This document shows, one piece after another, positions 10,144-22,940 of a stretch of DNA of 64,000 bases; the first letter of the stretch is position 1; the number at the start of each line of letters is the position of its first letter. Where the stretch lies: the NCBI GenBank assembly GCA_965153285.1, contig OZ229111.1, one strand, 5' to 3'. The notes beneath the pieces were generated by a model. It saw only the letters and a list, made by a program, of their open reading frames with translations, did no database searches and was not told the DNA's origin. The position numbers and the translations under genes were made by a program. This DNA is from Podarcis tiliguerta (taxonomy: Eukaryota).

Positions 10144-10291
10144 TAATCTTTATTATCTACAAAGGTTTCATTGAGTAAATAAAAGAAAAGAAAAGAAAAA
10201 GAAAAAGACTCACAAATTTTTAGAATTTTGATATTATGTTTCTTCCAATCTCTCTCCCCCCCCCCGATATCCGCTTGACTCTCTATGCTTC

Positions 10292-11224
10292 TTATGGTGT
10301 CTGCGTTGCCTCCTCTCGGTCCAATGTCGGATCTCCAGTTAGTTCTTTTTTATACTTCCTCCAGAATTTTCCCAGCTCGTCTACTGATCTAAAAGTTTTT
10401 CTTCTGTCCTTGTATGTGAAGGTGATGCCCTCAGGGAATTCCCACCGGAATCTAATCGAATTCTTCTTGAGTGCTTCTGTTACTGTCTTATAATTCTGCC
10501 TTTTCTTCAAAATTCTTTTTGGAATTTCTTTGAATATTTTGATAGGCCTATCTTCTATTATTAACTTTGCTTGTCCTTTTTGATGTAATATTTTGTCCTT
10601 TAAAAGTCTTGAGTTGAAAAAGATTAAGCAATCTCCTGGCCCTTTATAAGTGTCCGATCTTTCTGATTTGATCCTGAAAATTTTATCAATATCCAATAGC
10701 ATCTCTTCTACTTCTACTCCCAACCAGTTTGCAATCTCCTGTGATAGTTTCTCTTGAATTTGTTCATCGTAAGTTTGTGGTACGCCTCGGAAGCGGAGGA
10801 CCATCTCCTTCTGGCGCATCTCCATCAATGATAAATCATCTAACAGCTCTTCATGAGCTCTCTTTAAGTCGTTAATTTCTTCCTTCGTTGATTCTTGTGA
10901 CTTTTTAATGTCCTTATTTTCAATTTGCAATTTCTTCGTCATTTCCTCTTGTTTGGTGGATTTACTCTTAAGTTCTTGTACAGATTTATCCAGTTCTTTA
11001 TTTTTAAGTGAGAGGTCACTTATTTGTGTTGTTAAGTCTATTATTAGCTTTGAGTTTTGTTGGATGTTACCAGCTAATATGTCCAGCTTATCATTCAGGC
11101 TTTTTTCCATCCCCATTATAAGATCTTTTATGTCAGCATTGGGGTCTGTTTCAGCTGTTGATTGTCTTCTCACTTGTAGACCCGACCCAGATGTCAGTAT
11201 AGTTTGGTATTTTTTAGAAGCCAT
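10292..11224 (-). CDS. L1 ORF1p (coiled coil plus RRM/CTD RNA-binding protein), 310 aa
   Basis: Long heptad-rich N-terminal region, then LRFRGVP, IKIFKEIP and FRWEFPEG motifs typical of non-mammalian L1 ORF1. Lies upstream of ORF2 with a 148-bp spacer. Confidence 0.9.
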   Translation of the reverse strand: MASKKYQTILTSGSGLQVRRQSTAETDPNADIKDLIMGMEKSLNDKLDILAGNIQQNSKLIIDLTTQISDLSLKNKELDKSVQELKSKSTKQEEMTKKLQIENKDIKKSQESTKEEINDLKRAHEELLDDLSLMEMRQKEMVLRFRGVPQTYDEQIQEKLSQEIANWLGVEVEEMLLDIDKIFRIKSERSDTYKGPGDCLIFFNSRLLKDKILHQKGQAKLIIEDRPIKIFKEIPKRILKKRQNYKTVTEALKKNSIRFRWEFPEGITFTYKDRRKTFRSVDELGKFWRKYKKELTGDPTLDREEATQTP

Positions 11225-12747
11225 AATTGTCTTCTTCCTTTCGGCTCTGGTCTAGATGTCTTTATTTCAGTCAAGAATATATATATTCCTAAAACTTTGA
11301 AAATGCTCTGTTTATAGTCTATGATTTGGTCCTTTTATTCCATCTGTTGGGATTGAAAGTCAGTTAAGATTCCAGTGGTTTCCACTATATCATTACCAGT
11401 TCATCTCAAATATTTAAAAAAAAATCAAAAAAAAATAAAATATCAAAGTTTTAATATAAATTTAGTTAAATATTTTGTTTTATTTTAATTATTTTGGCAG
11501 TTGACTTCAATCTCTATGGATTGCTTCTGCAAACTTCTCCTTCAGCTTCCTTGGATTTAGTGGTGCTTTCTCTTACTTCTTACATGCCAAAGAGGCAGAA
11601 GGTGAAATACTGAAGTCATCAGGGTGAGGAAGGTCCTTCCCAACAGAAACATATTTGCTTCTGCTATTAGTTCTAGCAGACTAGTCACACAATACACATG
11701 TGAGGTCGCTTTGCACAATACTATCTTTGACATATTGAACTGAATGGCAAAGTCATTGCCCAAGAGGAGCACATATGACAGTCTTTAAGTGACTCTCATT
11801 GGCCCTCAGCCAGAGTGGTTTCCTATTCAGTTTGCCGTGAGAAACAGAACATTTTCTCCTTACTATCAAATCGCTCGCTCGCTCTCTTTTAGTTTGCGGT
11901 GGCATGAAGGAAATGCCCCAATTCCTGTGGTATGCTCTTGCTTAAGCAAGACCTTCTTGCGTACAAGAAGCAACCACAGGAGGCTTTCAATGCAGTTTTC
12001 ACACTGTGGGTCATACACCAGCACTTAAGTAATGGGCAAAAATGAGAGCTTTGGTCTGATCATGAGGAAGGCAATGAAGGAGGTGCTTGACTCTTAATTG
12101 GCACTTAAATTAATTTATTTTCCACCCAGCGATATGTATCTCTAAGACAGAAAATTAACTTAGGTGCATGACAACATCAGTGGGAGTGCAGGCTTCATAG
12201 GGCACTGAAAATAATGAATGGCAGTTTTATACATCAGATTTTAAAGCAGGCCTGTGGCCTCACATATGGGGTTCACCCTAATTTCACAGAGGGGAGAAAA
12301 GGTGGGGAAAAGATGGCACAGAAAGAGAAAACTGGGGAGGGGAAAATACACACACATACACATTGTACTAACGTTTGGCCTTCAGCCCAGTCATGAGAAG
12401 CGTCAGCCCTGTTGACACGTGGCTCTCAACAGAAACCCCAGAAGGGAATGTGACCCTAGACACATTCTCCCTGTTTTTGAGACAGCAAATGCTGTTCAAG
12501 ATCATCCACAACCCTTTACCCGACAGCTATTTAGCATGATGTATAAAACAGGCCATCCATGTTTGCGACTTGCCTCCAACAACATCAATGAACTGAGCAA
12601 CTGGGCTGCCCAACACCTCTTGTGTCATGGCCTGCACCAGTTAGCTAATGTTCTCATGAACCACTCTTGCAAACAAGCTGCTAGGAAGCTTCCCTGATAC
12701 ATTTCCATGTATGAAATGGAGTAAATAGAATTTCAGCATTCACGTAC

Positions 12748-12849
12748 CTTCACACGAAACCCCATCTGACATCAGAGCATATCCAGGTGAGCAAGAGCAC
12801 ACAACTGCCCCTTCCAAAGTATTACATATGTGCTTGCAGGGACCATTAT
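12748..12849 (-). CDS. FBLN2: Fibulin-2 coding exon (exon 8 equivalent), EGF-like module
   Basis: (D)NGPCKHICNTLEGAVVCSCSPGYALMSDGVSCE. Acceptor ttcctag|AT, donor G|gtacgt, 102 bp, phase 1-1. Confidence 0.95.
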
Positions 12850-13308
12850 CTAGGAAACACAGTGTTTGAAAAATGCATGAAATTCCTGTGCAAAACAAAA
12901 TTCCTTCCAAGTTCCAAGAATTCCTTCCTCTAATTATAACCCCTGTCATTGCACCAGGATGTAAAATGTGGAAACAAACAATCTATTCTCGTAACCTTAA
13001 TCACTATGTACAAGCCTTCTTTTATAGGCAAACACACCTGTGTCATTCATTCTCATCTGTGCATTTGAAATTACCATGTACAGCTGTGTTGCCTCAACAG
13101 CCCTAAATAGATAGCATGAAATAACCTTGAATTCAGAAGCTAACCTCGAATTACCTCAGCACGTTACCTTCTGAGATTCTGTCCGTCTCTCGCTCTCTTC
13201 AGGCTAATACTGGAGGCAAGCAATGTGTGGACGTGTGTTGAAATCAAAAAATGTATTGCAGACTTGTAAAAACCATCTCATGTCTCCGCCTTGCCTATTT
13301 AGACATAC

Positions 13309-13419
13309 CTTTACACTTCTCTTCCTCTTCGTTGATGGTTGCGGGCTGGATATTCAAGGCTTCTGGAGCAATAGTGGCTTTGTCCTGTAAGGCAGTATTT
13401 GGTCCATCTTCTTCAAAAT
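13309..13419 (-). CDS. FBLN2: Fibulin-2 coding exon (exon 7 equivalent), linker ending in CK
   Basis: (D)FEEDGPNTALQDKATIAPEALNIQPATINEEEEKCK, open in phase 1-1. Acceptor gtatag|AT, donor G|gtatgt, 111 bp. Supplies the first Cys of the EGF module completed by the next exon. Confidence 0.85.
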
Positions 13420-16208
13420 CTATACATTTATATTATACAAAAATGGAGGAAATCAACTTTAATTTGCTTCATATATCTCAGTAGCCACAGGGACATGAAC
13501 AGTAACTAAACTATTATTTGTGGCTTCTAAGGAAACACAGAATGCTTCCAGACAGAGAGCTGATATCATAAACGGATTGTTTAGGTCCAATTTCGCTTTG
13601 TTTGGTATGTAAAGTCCCACACACTCCTGCTTTTTCAGTAATCATATTCACAGTTGTTCCATTGCTTGCAATCCACACCAGTGGGTGAAGCTTCAGCCGT
13701 TCCTCACCTGCTTATTGAAAATTGGCTAAAGACAACTACAGTCGTATTTGAGAAGAGAGGGATAAACAATTCTCTGTAAGGATACAAAGATAAAATGTAA
13801 GGATACACTTGTGACCGTGTAATGATATTTTGAAGATATTTGTCATTATGGATGCTGACAAATTTGTTTTCTGATCAAATGATGGGTATGGTCCATTCGA
13901 AGGGGAGCACTGGAAAGCCCCATTGAGTTATTTGGAGTTATCCAGGAAGTGTTTAAACCTCTTCCATTTACAACTGTGTTAATCAAGGTTCTTAACTTTG
14001 GGTGGATGCTACCCATGTTTTAGCATCTCAAAAGTGTATTTTTCTTCTATTTGAAAGCATACATATATATTAGACACAGATGAATATGAATGGCTAGTCA
14101 TCACTAAGAGAAGGAAATACAGTGTAAGTCCACAAGAATAACTGATATGATTTTGTATAAATCAAGTTGTCCTATTTGATATTTAAAGGGCAGTTTACAA
14201 GTATGAAAACTGTATTTGATACATTGGATCTCTTGCTGCAATTTAGTTTTGTTTGCAAAACAGTAAGAACAGCATCTGCTTAAAAGATAACAAGAGGTGG
14301 TTGTGGGGCAGGGGTTGGATGAGTTTCATATTTTGATTTAGTTACTTCTGTTTCACTTTAAGTGTGTGTCTGGCTTCATACAGAATACGACTCTGCTCCC
14401 TGCTATAGATTTAAAGCTGTGACTTACTTCCATCCATGGATATGATCTATATGTCTGATTGTGAAAATGTGGGGCTGTCGTTACTATAAGAGGATTTTCA
14501 ATCACGTTTGCCAAGTAGTTAAGAAGTCCCAAAGCTCTAGTGAGGATGAAGCACAATGAAAAGGAAGGATAACATGACTCAGTCCTAGCCAAAGAGAATG
14601 CCCACATCCCACAAGGAGGGAGAGAGGTTCATATAGTCATGGTTTCCTAATTAGGACTGTCTATACAAATTGAACAAATTGAAAGTTAATTGTACATCTC
14701 TGCCCAACCCCATTCTTATTTTTGGTGATGGGTGAGGAAATTACACACCGCAAACATTTGAATGAAAAAATTGTTTCCCAACAGTGGACAGAGTAAGCAC
14801 AAAAATCCGAACCACCATGCTGCAACACATGTTTTTTATGAATGCAGCATCACTGCTGGAGGGACTGCACCTAAATCCTGCTGGTTATACTCCTGAAAAG
14901 CTAATGAAACATGATTTTTTTCTAAGAAAAATCACGACTTTTTTGTAGTGATTCTGTTGGAGTTTTCCAAAGGGAAAATAAGAAAGAGAAAGGGAGGGTG
15001 GAGAGGAAAACATAAAGGTTTTTTGGCAGGAAGAAAATAAATGACTGGAATAACTTTTGAAAAAGAAAATGTAAGGCTGGAAGCCGTACAAGTGAAAAGA
15101 TTTTTGAATCAACCTGAGTTGTAATCAAGAACTGTTGTGGCACCAAGTATTCTAGAACCCTGGATGAGGAAATCTTATTGGCCTCCCATTCCCGCAGAAG
15201 CCCCTGGAGTTATGCTTGCCGAGGAATTTAATCCTCTGGAGCCTGGAGCACCTCCATGCATACTACTGCAGGTAAACAAGCCACCACCATTGCCAAATTC
15301 ACACCGCCAATGAAGAAGCCTCTGATAAGGCCAAATATACCTCCAATGCATATTGGATGTCTCATGAGACCTTAGTCATTTGCCAACGATCCCTCCTCTC
15401 GAGTGATTCTCATGTGCCACCATACCCAAGGAAACCATACTCTCTTCAGCCAGCCCAAGAGCTGTTTGCTGTGCTGGATGAGCACCTTTTCTGTTGGGGT
15501 TGGAAGACACTGGATGTGCAGGGCATCCCCACACACCTTTCATGTGATGACCGGCACATGTGAAAGAGCCATCACATATCAGCCTGCACAGATAAAGGTT
15601 TCATAGTACCTCACACACAAGACTCTTTAATGGACGCATTTCATACATTTGGTTGAAGATCATCAAGTGATTACAGTAGGCCTCTTTCCACCTGCCTTAC
15701 CCCACCCCCTGGCCCTGGGACTCCTCATAAGGAAGCTGTGCCTGGAGGAAGAACTGTGAGGGGAGAGACTTCATCAGGCAAGGCTTTCTTCCACCTGCCT
15801 TGCTCCACCCTCCAGTCTCTGCTTCTCAATTTCTATTGTATTATTTTATGTACTGTGGCTAGCTGTTGTTTTATTGATTATAGTTTAGAAATTATTTATT
15901 GTAACTGTTAAGGGTGAATTTCTGTTTAACTTTTATATGCTGATATTATTACTTTATACTATTCTAATGATTGTTGAATGTTACTTTTTTGATGTACGTT
16001 GCTTATTTTAAAGTTATGTTTTATTATCACATTTTTGTATTGCATTAGATTGTTATAAGATGTACATTTTTTGTTTCTTCAGCTTGCAAACCACCTTGAG
16101 TATTGAAAGATAGAAAGACGGTATATAAATTAAAAATGATGATGTTGTTATTGTTGATGATGATTAAAGTAACAGCTGATGCATATGTACACATGTGCTG
16201 GCAAATTA

Positions 16209-16589
16209 AAAGGTAAAGGACCCCTGGCAGTTAAATCTAATCGCAGACAACTCTGGGGTTGTGGCACTCATCTCACTTTACAGGCCGAGGGAGCCAGTGT
16301 TTGTCCGCAGACAGATTTTCCGAGTCATGTGGCCAGCATGACTAAGCCGCTTCTGGCGCAATGGAACATCGAAACCAGAGCAGCACACGGAAACACTGTT
16401 TACCTTCCTGCCGGAGTGGTACCTATTTATCTACTTGCACTTTTTTGGCGTGCTTTCGAACTGCTAGTTTGGCAGGAGCTGGGACCGAACAACAGGTATC
16501 ACCCCATCATTGGGATTCAAGCCGCCGACCTTCTGACCGGCAAGCCCAAAAGGCTCAGTGGTTTAGACCACAGCACCACCCACATCCCA
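16209..16589 (-). mobile_element. Sauria SINE
   Basis: Characteristic body (gtcatgtggccagcatgact, cctatttatctacttgcac), (ACCTTT)-type tail and tRNA-like head. 12-bp TSD GCTGGCAAATTA at 16197-16208 and 16590-16601. Confidence 0.9.
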
Positions 16590-16675
16590 GCTGGCAAATT
16601 ATGAGAGCTAAATATGAGATCAAACCTATTGTAGTCAGACCCAATACACAATTTCTCAGTGTTTCTTCTTCTCAC

Positions 16676-16882
16676 CTGGATTGCAGCTGAGTCCATCATC
16701 CTGCAGAGTAAATCTTGGGAAACATGAGCACTTGTAGGATCCCACTGTGTTGATGCAAAGGTGTTGGCAGAGCTCTCCAGGATAGGCAAGACACTCGTCC
16801 AGGTCATCTCCAGGTAAACTGTTTGACAATTCAGCTTCATTACTGATCGACAAGGCTTCATGGTGATCCTCAAACTCTGAAA
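16676..16882 (-). CDS. FBLN2: Fibulin-2 coding exon (exon 6 equivalent), first calcium-binding EGF module
   Basis: SEFEDHHEALSISNEAELSNSLPGDDLDECLAYPGELCQHLCINTVGSYKCSCFPRFTLQDDGLSCNP. Acceptor tgacag|TT, donor G|gtgaga, 207 bp, phase 1-1. Confidence 0.95.
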
Positions 16883-17237
16883 CTGTCAACATGCCCAAGC
16901 CATTAGTAAGGAAAAGATGCATGTTCTTTATATGCAGATTACATGACTTTGAGCACTGCTATATATTAGTGAAAAACCCATCAGTCTGACAGGCTGTAAC
17001 TGGGTGAGCAGGAATAGCTTTACTCCCATAGCTTGACTTGTCTCTGAATGACGGTGGTAGCAGTAATTCAACTGACAGGTAGACTTTGGGGGATGCATAC
17101 CTCTTCGCCAGGGTTCCTTTCACTAAGTGCCATGGTGGCAGAAAGGGGACAATTTCTCCTGACAAGAGCCCTGTAGACACATCATAATAGGCTTCCTACG
17201 CTTTGATCACACAGAGCCTTCTAGTTAGCCCTGCAGA

Positions 17238-17713
17238 TGTCAGGGAATGGTCTGAAGACAAGGCCTGGGGAATGCATTCTATGGCAGAACAGCTTCTTTC
17301 AGATGGAGAGCTGAAGGGGGAAGAGTCGCCCGCCTCCTTGTCCACAGCATGTTCAGAAGCAGAGAGAGAGAAGCTGAACAGCTTAGGGAGGAGTTACCCA
17401 GTTTTGAGATAATGACAAGAGAACCAGAAGGGAGGGGGCAGCTAGTTGAGAAGCTGCTTGAGAGTGTGGGGGACCTCCCCTCCCCACGGACTCAGAGGTC
17501 CAAACGTACCAGAGGGAGGAAGGAACTTCCCACTGGTGCCCAATATGCTGTCAGAAGGAAGGCTTAGAGTAGCCAACTGCCCTCCTTGCGGAGAGCTGTG
17601 TACTTGTGCTTGCAACATGATGCTGTAATAAAAAGCCTATAACTCTATCAACCACTCATTAATTCTTATCTGTGAAGTTACTGAAGGGAGGGGAGGACTC
17701 TCCACACCTGACA
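17238..17713 (+). mobile_element. Solo LTR (gypsy-like)
   Basis: TGTCAGG...CCTGACA termini, AATAAA about 85 bp from the 3' end, 5-bp TSD gcaga/gtaga with one mismatch. Confidence 0.7.
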
Positions 17714-20107
17714 GTAGAGGACAGAAGGGTGCAGGCCTCTGGGAAGCCATATTTAAATGTGTAACGCTGCAGAAAAGTGCAAAGAGATGGAACGACACTA
17801 AGAAGAGTGGGGTATGGATGGAAATAAAAGTAATACATTTCCTGAGCTTCAGAGATTTTGTGAATGCACAGTACCGTCTTCAAGATGACAAGAGCGTACA
17901 GAAGCAGCAGATGGTGGCTTACAAAGGCTGAAGAAGGACATGTGCCCTGAACGAGGCAAATCCAGAGGATTTCCCTCATTCACAGTGCATGCATGCAAAG
18001 TCCACAGAATGAAGATGAGGAACATATTAAAACCCAGGAGAGGGGATCTGTTTTTAATGGTGAACATCTTGTTTCAAGTTCTATCTAGAGCCTTGCCTCT
18101 GGGCAAGCTCTAAGCATACTTCCACATTAGCATATTGGACAACTTAGCCCTCCTCCGCTCTGCTCTCCCTGCCACGAGGAGGAGGGGAGGAGGCTGGGCA
18201 GAAAGGAAGCCTAAAGGTTAAATGCAATTGATCACAAACCTGGGAGGAGGGAGAGCTCTGAGAGAGGGAGAATTGAACTTTAAAATGGCCATTGATTAAA
18301 AGGAATTGCTTTAGCTCTTAGTGCACAGCTCATTTGGTCAGCAAATGTGGAGGGCAAACAGAGGAAATAAAGGAAAACCTATTTGCCGGAGGTCATGCAG
18401 AATAGGCAGTGGCTGGTGTAAACTTTAGTTGTCTAGAGACAGATGCCATTGAGCTGTGCCATTTATCAAGAAATGGACTTTATAATGCATAACAGATGAT
18501 GATGCAAAATGCAACCATTTCCAGAGGGTTAGCCATGTTGGTCTCTTGCAGCAAAAACAACAAAGAACCTTGTGGCACCTTAAAAACTAAAAAATCAATT
18601 TTGGCATGAGTTTGGATGAAATACGGTCCCCTTCGTCAGATGCCTGTGATTAACATATATTTATTCCACAGAGATCGTCAGCTTCTAGTACTACTAGTAG
18701 CATTGGGGAAGGAGGGGTGCTTTTTCCTTATGCTTCTGTATTGTTAGTGACTATGATCTAAGAGAATAATCCTGGAGCATGATGGATGTAGCCAGAGCTG
18801 ATTAAATTCTGACCTGGTTCTTTGATCATTAAATAGGAAACGCCAAGTGAAAACGGATGACCAAAAAAGAATCACGATCATTCTACTGGTGTTCAAAAGT
18901 CATTCTTTTAGATTCATGACTAAAGTTTATATATCTATATCTATACAGTGCTTTTTTATGGGGGGACGCAGGGGTACGCAAACCCCTAAACATTTTGTGA
19001 ATCTTTGTACTTTTGTCCATTTACTGTATTTATTTTCCCCGATTTGAACTATAAAATGGTGATTTTCTGGAGTCAAAATGAGAGTACCCCTAAGTTTAAG
19101 GGAGAGATAAGCAGAATACAAGATAATATAAAACTAACTTGGCACCCAGCTCACCTACTACCTTTGAGCAAGGTACAAAGTTCAACTGTTATGCTTGGCA
19201 TATAAATAAATCTTCAAGATGCTCTAATAAAAACTTGTAAAAACCACCATCCCTATATTTGAGGTGGCAGATGAGTGGATGGAGGAGGCCCAACCAAAGG
19301 GGAGAGGACCTGGGGGAACATGAGGCCGGTCACCTGTGCAGGTAACCTTCAAAGATGGGTGCTTTGGGGGAGTGATTACTTTGCCCAGAAAGGGGGACGG
19401 GGTACAGTCTGGAAAGCTCTCCTCTTGGGATGCTGCTATCAAAACACAAGTCACTCCGTTCACATTTTAATCAGAAGCACAGGGTGGGCAAATATTTCCT
19501 TTGCACCACTTCTGCTGAAGTGCACAGCATCTGATCTCATTGTTCCTCTCCCCCTCTTCTTTCCCTTCTCTCCTTTGTCTAAATTTAGATTAGTTCCCCA
19601 GGCAGGGAATTGCCTTTCTTGCGTCATTCAGGGGAAGTGCCATGTACGCTGATGTTCCTTTATACACAAGAAATAAAACAACAACAACAGAGCTGGACTC
19701 ACATCTGCCGTTCTATAAATCAGTGGTTTCTCTGGACCACACTTTCAGAATAAAAAATTACTCGCACCACACCATATATTTTTATGGATAAGAAATACAT
19801 TGGAAAACACTCCTAGCAGTGATTGATTCATAACAGAGAACAAAACTACTTCATAATATGATCATGGGACACCCAGAAAATATAAAACAATGCAGCACCA
19901 CAGGAACATGAACCATTCCCAAAATGTAATGTTGGGTGTCCTTTAATCTGCCTACAACACTTGCCATCCTCTCCTGCCACAGCCTTTGAGAACTACTGCT
20001 ATAAATGGAAGGGCTCCTCCCATTCATGGAAGGGAGCTGGATCCAGCAGAGGTTCCTGCTCCACAAACTGGATGTTCTCATAGGTGGAACTTGCCAACTC
20101 TGCTTCT

Positions 20108-20362
20108 GGGGAGCCAGTGTGGTGTAGTGGTTAAGAGCGGTAGTCTCGTAATCTGGGGAACCGGGTTCGCGTCTCCGCTCCTCCACATGCAGCTGCTGGG
20201 TGACCTTGGGCCAGTCATACTTCTTTGAAGTCTCTCAGCCCCACTCACCTCACAGAGTGTTTGTTGTGGGGGAGGAAGGGAAAGGAGAATGTTAGCCGCT
20301 TTGAGACTCCTTAAAGGGAGTGAAAGGCGGGATATCAAATCCAAACTCTTCTTCTTCTTCTT
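20108..20362 (+). mobile_element. tRNA-derived SINE (Squam3-like) with (CTT)n tail
   Basis: A-box tggtgtagtgg, B-box ggttcgcgtct, CORE-like gggtgaccttgggccagtca, (TTC)n tail. CpGs retained. Confidence 0.75.
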
Positions 20363-21849
20363 CCCTAAAACCCCCAGCAATTCCTCCCTTGCTATTCCAG
20401 ATGGCCCTTCAACTCCTGGAGAAGGCTTTCATGGACACGGGGTTAAGGAGGAGGAGGGATTGGAGAAAACTGCATCCCCGCTTCTACCAGTAGAAGCCTC
20501 CATTTCATGGAGTGCCACTGCACACAACTGAGGAGCCAAGCAATAATCTTCAACTTTACACTGCAATCTAAACCTCCCCAATGCTGGCTAAACTAGCCTC
20601 CCACCAGCCGTTACCATTAGAGCAATGCAAGTGCTACTCTATTGGCACTGCACTCCCCCTTTGGCCCACCATATGTGCAGTTGGGGTGGTGGTGGTGAGT
20701 TCCACTGGCAGGTTCCCTGCTGATGGGAGCCAACACAAAGCCCTGAAACAGGGCGGAGCTGAGCCAGCTCACGTCAGTCTCACTGCCTTCTCGTGTCAGC
20801 ATCAGGCCTGATCATCCTGCACCCCACCTTCCACCACTTGGGTAGCAGGGTTACAGATGTCGTGATGTTCTCATTTCTTACCAAGTTTCCACTTGTGGTG
20901 GCACTGAGATTACGACTGCCCATTAGCTATTGAACACTAGTGAGAAGACTTTGACGTTCCCTAACATTTTACTGCATTTCCCATAAATATTTCAATGCAT
21001 TTCTACGTGACTGGAGAGCCTTTCCTTTGCCACTGGTCCAGCAAAGAAGCACAGTAGCTCTTTCAAGCGTGAGTCACCTTCATGGTTTTGTTTTCAGTGC
21101 AATGTTTGAAAATCCATTAATATTTCTAAGTTTTTGAAAATGGCTTTTTAAAGGAAACAGACAGAAACAAGAAGCTAAGAACATGTTAATAAAGGAAAAA
21201 ATGGGGGAGCAGTAACAACAGACATTGTACAAGTTGCTAATAATAAATAAATAAATATCAGCCTCTGAAGGGTAATGATATATTAGGCAGAAATTGTTCG
21301 CATTTCCCCAAAGCAGCTACAATCCAGGAGGGAGGAATGTGTTTGCTTCTGATAAGCTCAGCATTGCCAGTGTAAGTGGCTAATCAGTGTTTTGTTACCT
21401 TTTTCCTATTCAATTCTTTTTTGTGGCTTACCAGCGGTTTGAAGTTGAGCAGAGAAATAGCAAGAATAAAGAGGCAGGTATCAATTTACATTTTGACCTG
21501 GAGAGTTAAGGCAGGTCTCAGCTGATTTGAGATTTCTTTTATTCCTGTGGACTCTGCCTGAGTACAATGGACAAAAATGTTGTATTATAATAAAAGATGG
21601 GTCAGGCTGTGCAGCTGCACAAGAAGCATCTCTTTTAGAAAAAGCACGTAGCTCCATAACACACGGAAGTGTGTGAACATTAGCAAATAAAAAATATTGT
21701 TATCTGCTCAGGAAATGCCATCAGCTTACCAAATATCAGCTCTGCATTCACCTGCACCATCATTCATATAAATATAACCCACCCCAAAAAAGGTTTTAAA
21801 AATGCTTCCTTCTCTTCTCTTCCTACTCACAGTCTTTGTCTATAATTTT

Positions 21850-22445
21850 TTTGAGAATTTCTGGAGAACAGGTGAGGTCCCTGTAGACTAGAGGTGGGCA
21901 AATGTTGTCCCCATCTTCAACAAGGAGAAAAAAAGAATACCCAAGTAACTAACAGCTGGTGAACTTGACTCTAGGAAAGGTTCCAGAACAGATAATTAAA
22001 GTCAGTCTGTGAGCACTTGGGAAATGATGCTGTGATTCCAAAAACCAGCATGGGTTTTTCCACAAACAAGTCATGCCAGATGAATCTCTTTTCTTATTTT
22101 GATAAAGTTGAAAAGTTGGTAGATCAGGGGAATGCCGTGGACATAGTATATCAGTAATGTTGTTGACAAAGTTCCTTGTTCAGACCACACCTGAAATACT
22201 GTTTCCAGTTCTGGGCACCACAGTTTAAGAAAATTATTGATAAGCTGGAACATGTGCAGAGGAACATGCCACATGGAGGATGGAACAAGCATGTTTTGTC
22301 CTGTGGACCTCAACCAATGGATTCAAGTTACAAGAAATGAGTTTCTGGCTAAACACCAGGAAGAACTTTCTGATGGTAAAAGCTGATTGACAATAGAACA
22401 GATTCCCGCAAGAGATGGTAGACGCTCCTTCCTTGGAGGTTTTTA
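21850..22445 (+). mobile_element. Degenerate CR1 LINE fragment (RT region and 3' part, internally deleted)
   Basis: CR1-typical segments gcaaatgttgtccccatcttcaa, ccagcatgggttt, cagttctgggcaccacagtttaag, ccttccttggaggttttta. Many stops. Confidence 0.7.
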
Positions 22446-22449
22446 CGCC

Positions 22450-22940
22450 ATTACTTATATTATATCTTTTACCACCACATATCCAATTCAAATCTATTAG
22501 CTGGTTATCCTTTATATTCTATTTAGGTTATTCTCATTGTGCACTTTTATGTCAGTCCTGCTAATGATTTAAGGTGTTTACAAAAATTCTTCATATAATC
22601 TAAAAAATTTCCCTGTTCTACATTAAAACATCTCTCTTCTTGGTCTCTTAATCTTCTGGTAAGTTTCACCTTTTCTGCACACACCATCAGTTTTTGTTGC
22701 CAATCTTCCTTGATTGGAACTGTTTCTTCTTTCCATCTCTGTGAGTGGTCGTATTCTTGATAATCTCCCACTGCCAGCTTCTGGGATCATTTTTAAGATA
22801 TCTGTTGATGCCCCTATGTATTGTTTCATATGGTTGTGGAAAATATTCCACAGACTTAAGCATTAGGAAGTTATTTGCTGCTATGATAGTTTTGAGTTCA
22901 GCATCGAAAAAGACCTGCATCTGCTTTGGTCAAAGAATGT
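22450..22940 (-). mobile_element. Old 5'-truncated L1 fragment (ORF2 C-terminus and 3' UTR)
   Basis: Frame 22547..22771 (RWKEETVPIKEDWQQKL...KLTRRLRDQ) resembles the C-terminus of the intact ORF2 (NWKGRKIPSVKDWQIKF...RLTAFIRGQ). Confidence 0.65.

Larger units (their letters stand above)
5220..11499 (-). mobile_element. Near full-length L1 (LINE-1 clade) retrotransposon with two intact ORFs
   Basis: 16-bp TSD GTTGACTTCAATCTCT at 5204-5219 and 11500-11515. Pure poly(A) (T-run 5220-5244) preceded by AATAAA (5251-5256). Intact ORF1 and ORF2. Confidence 0.97.

Noticed and set aside
6344-11255. Several plus-strand ORFs overlapping the L1
   Set aside because: Antisense shadow frames of A-rich L1 coding sequence.
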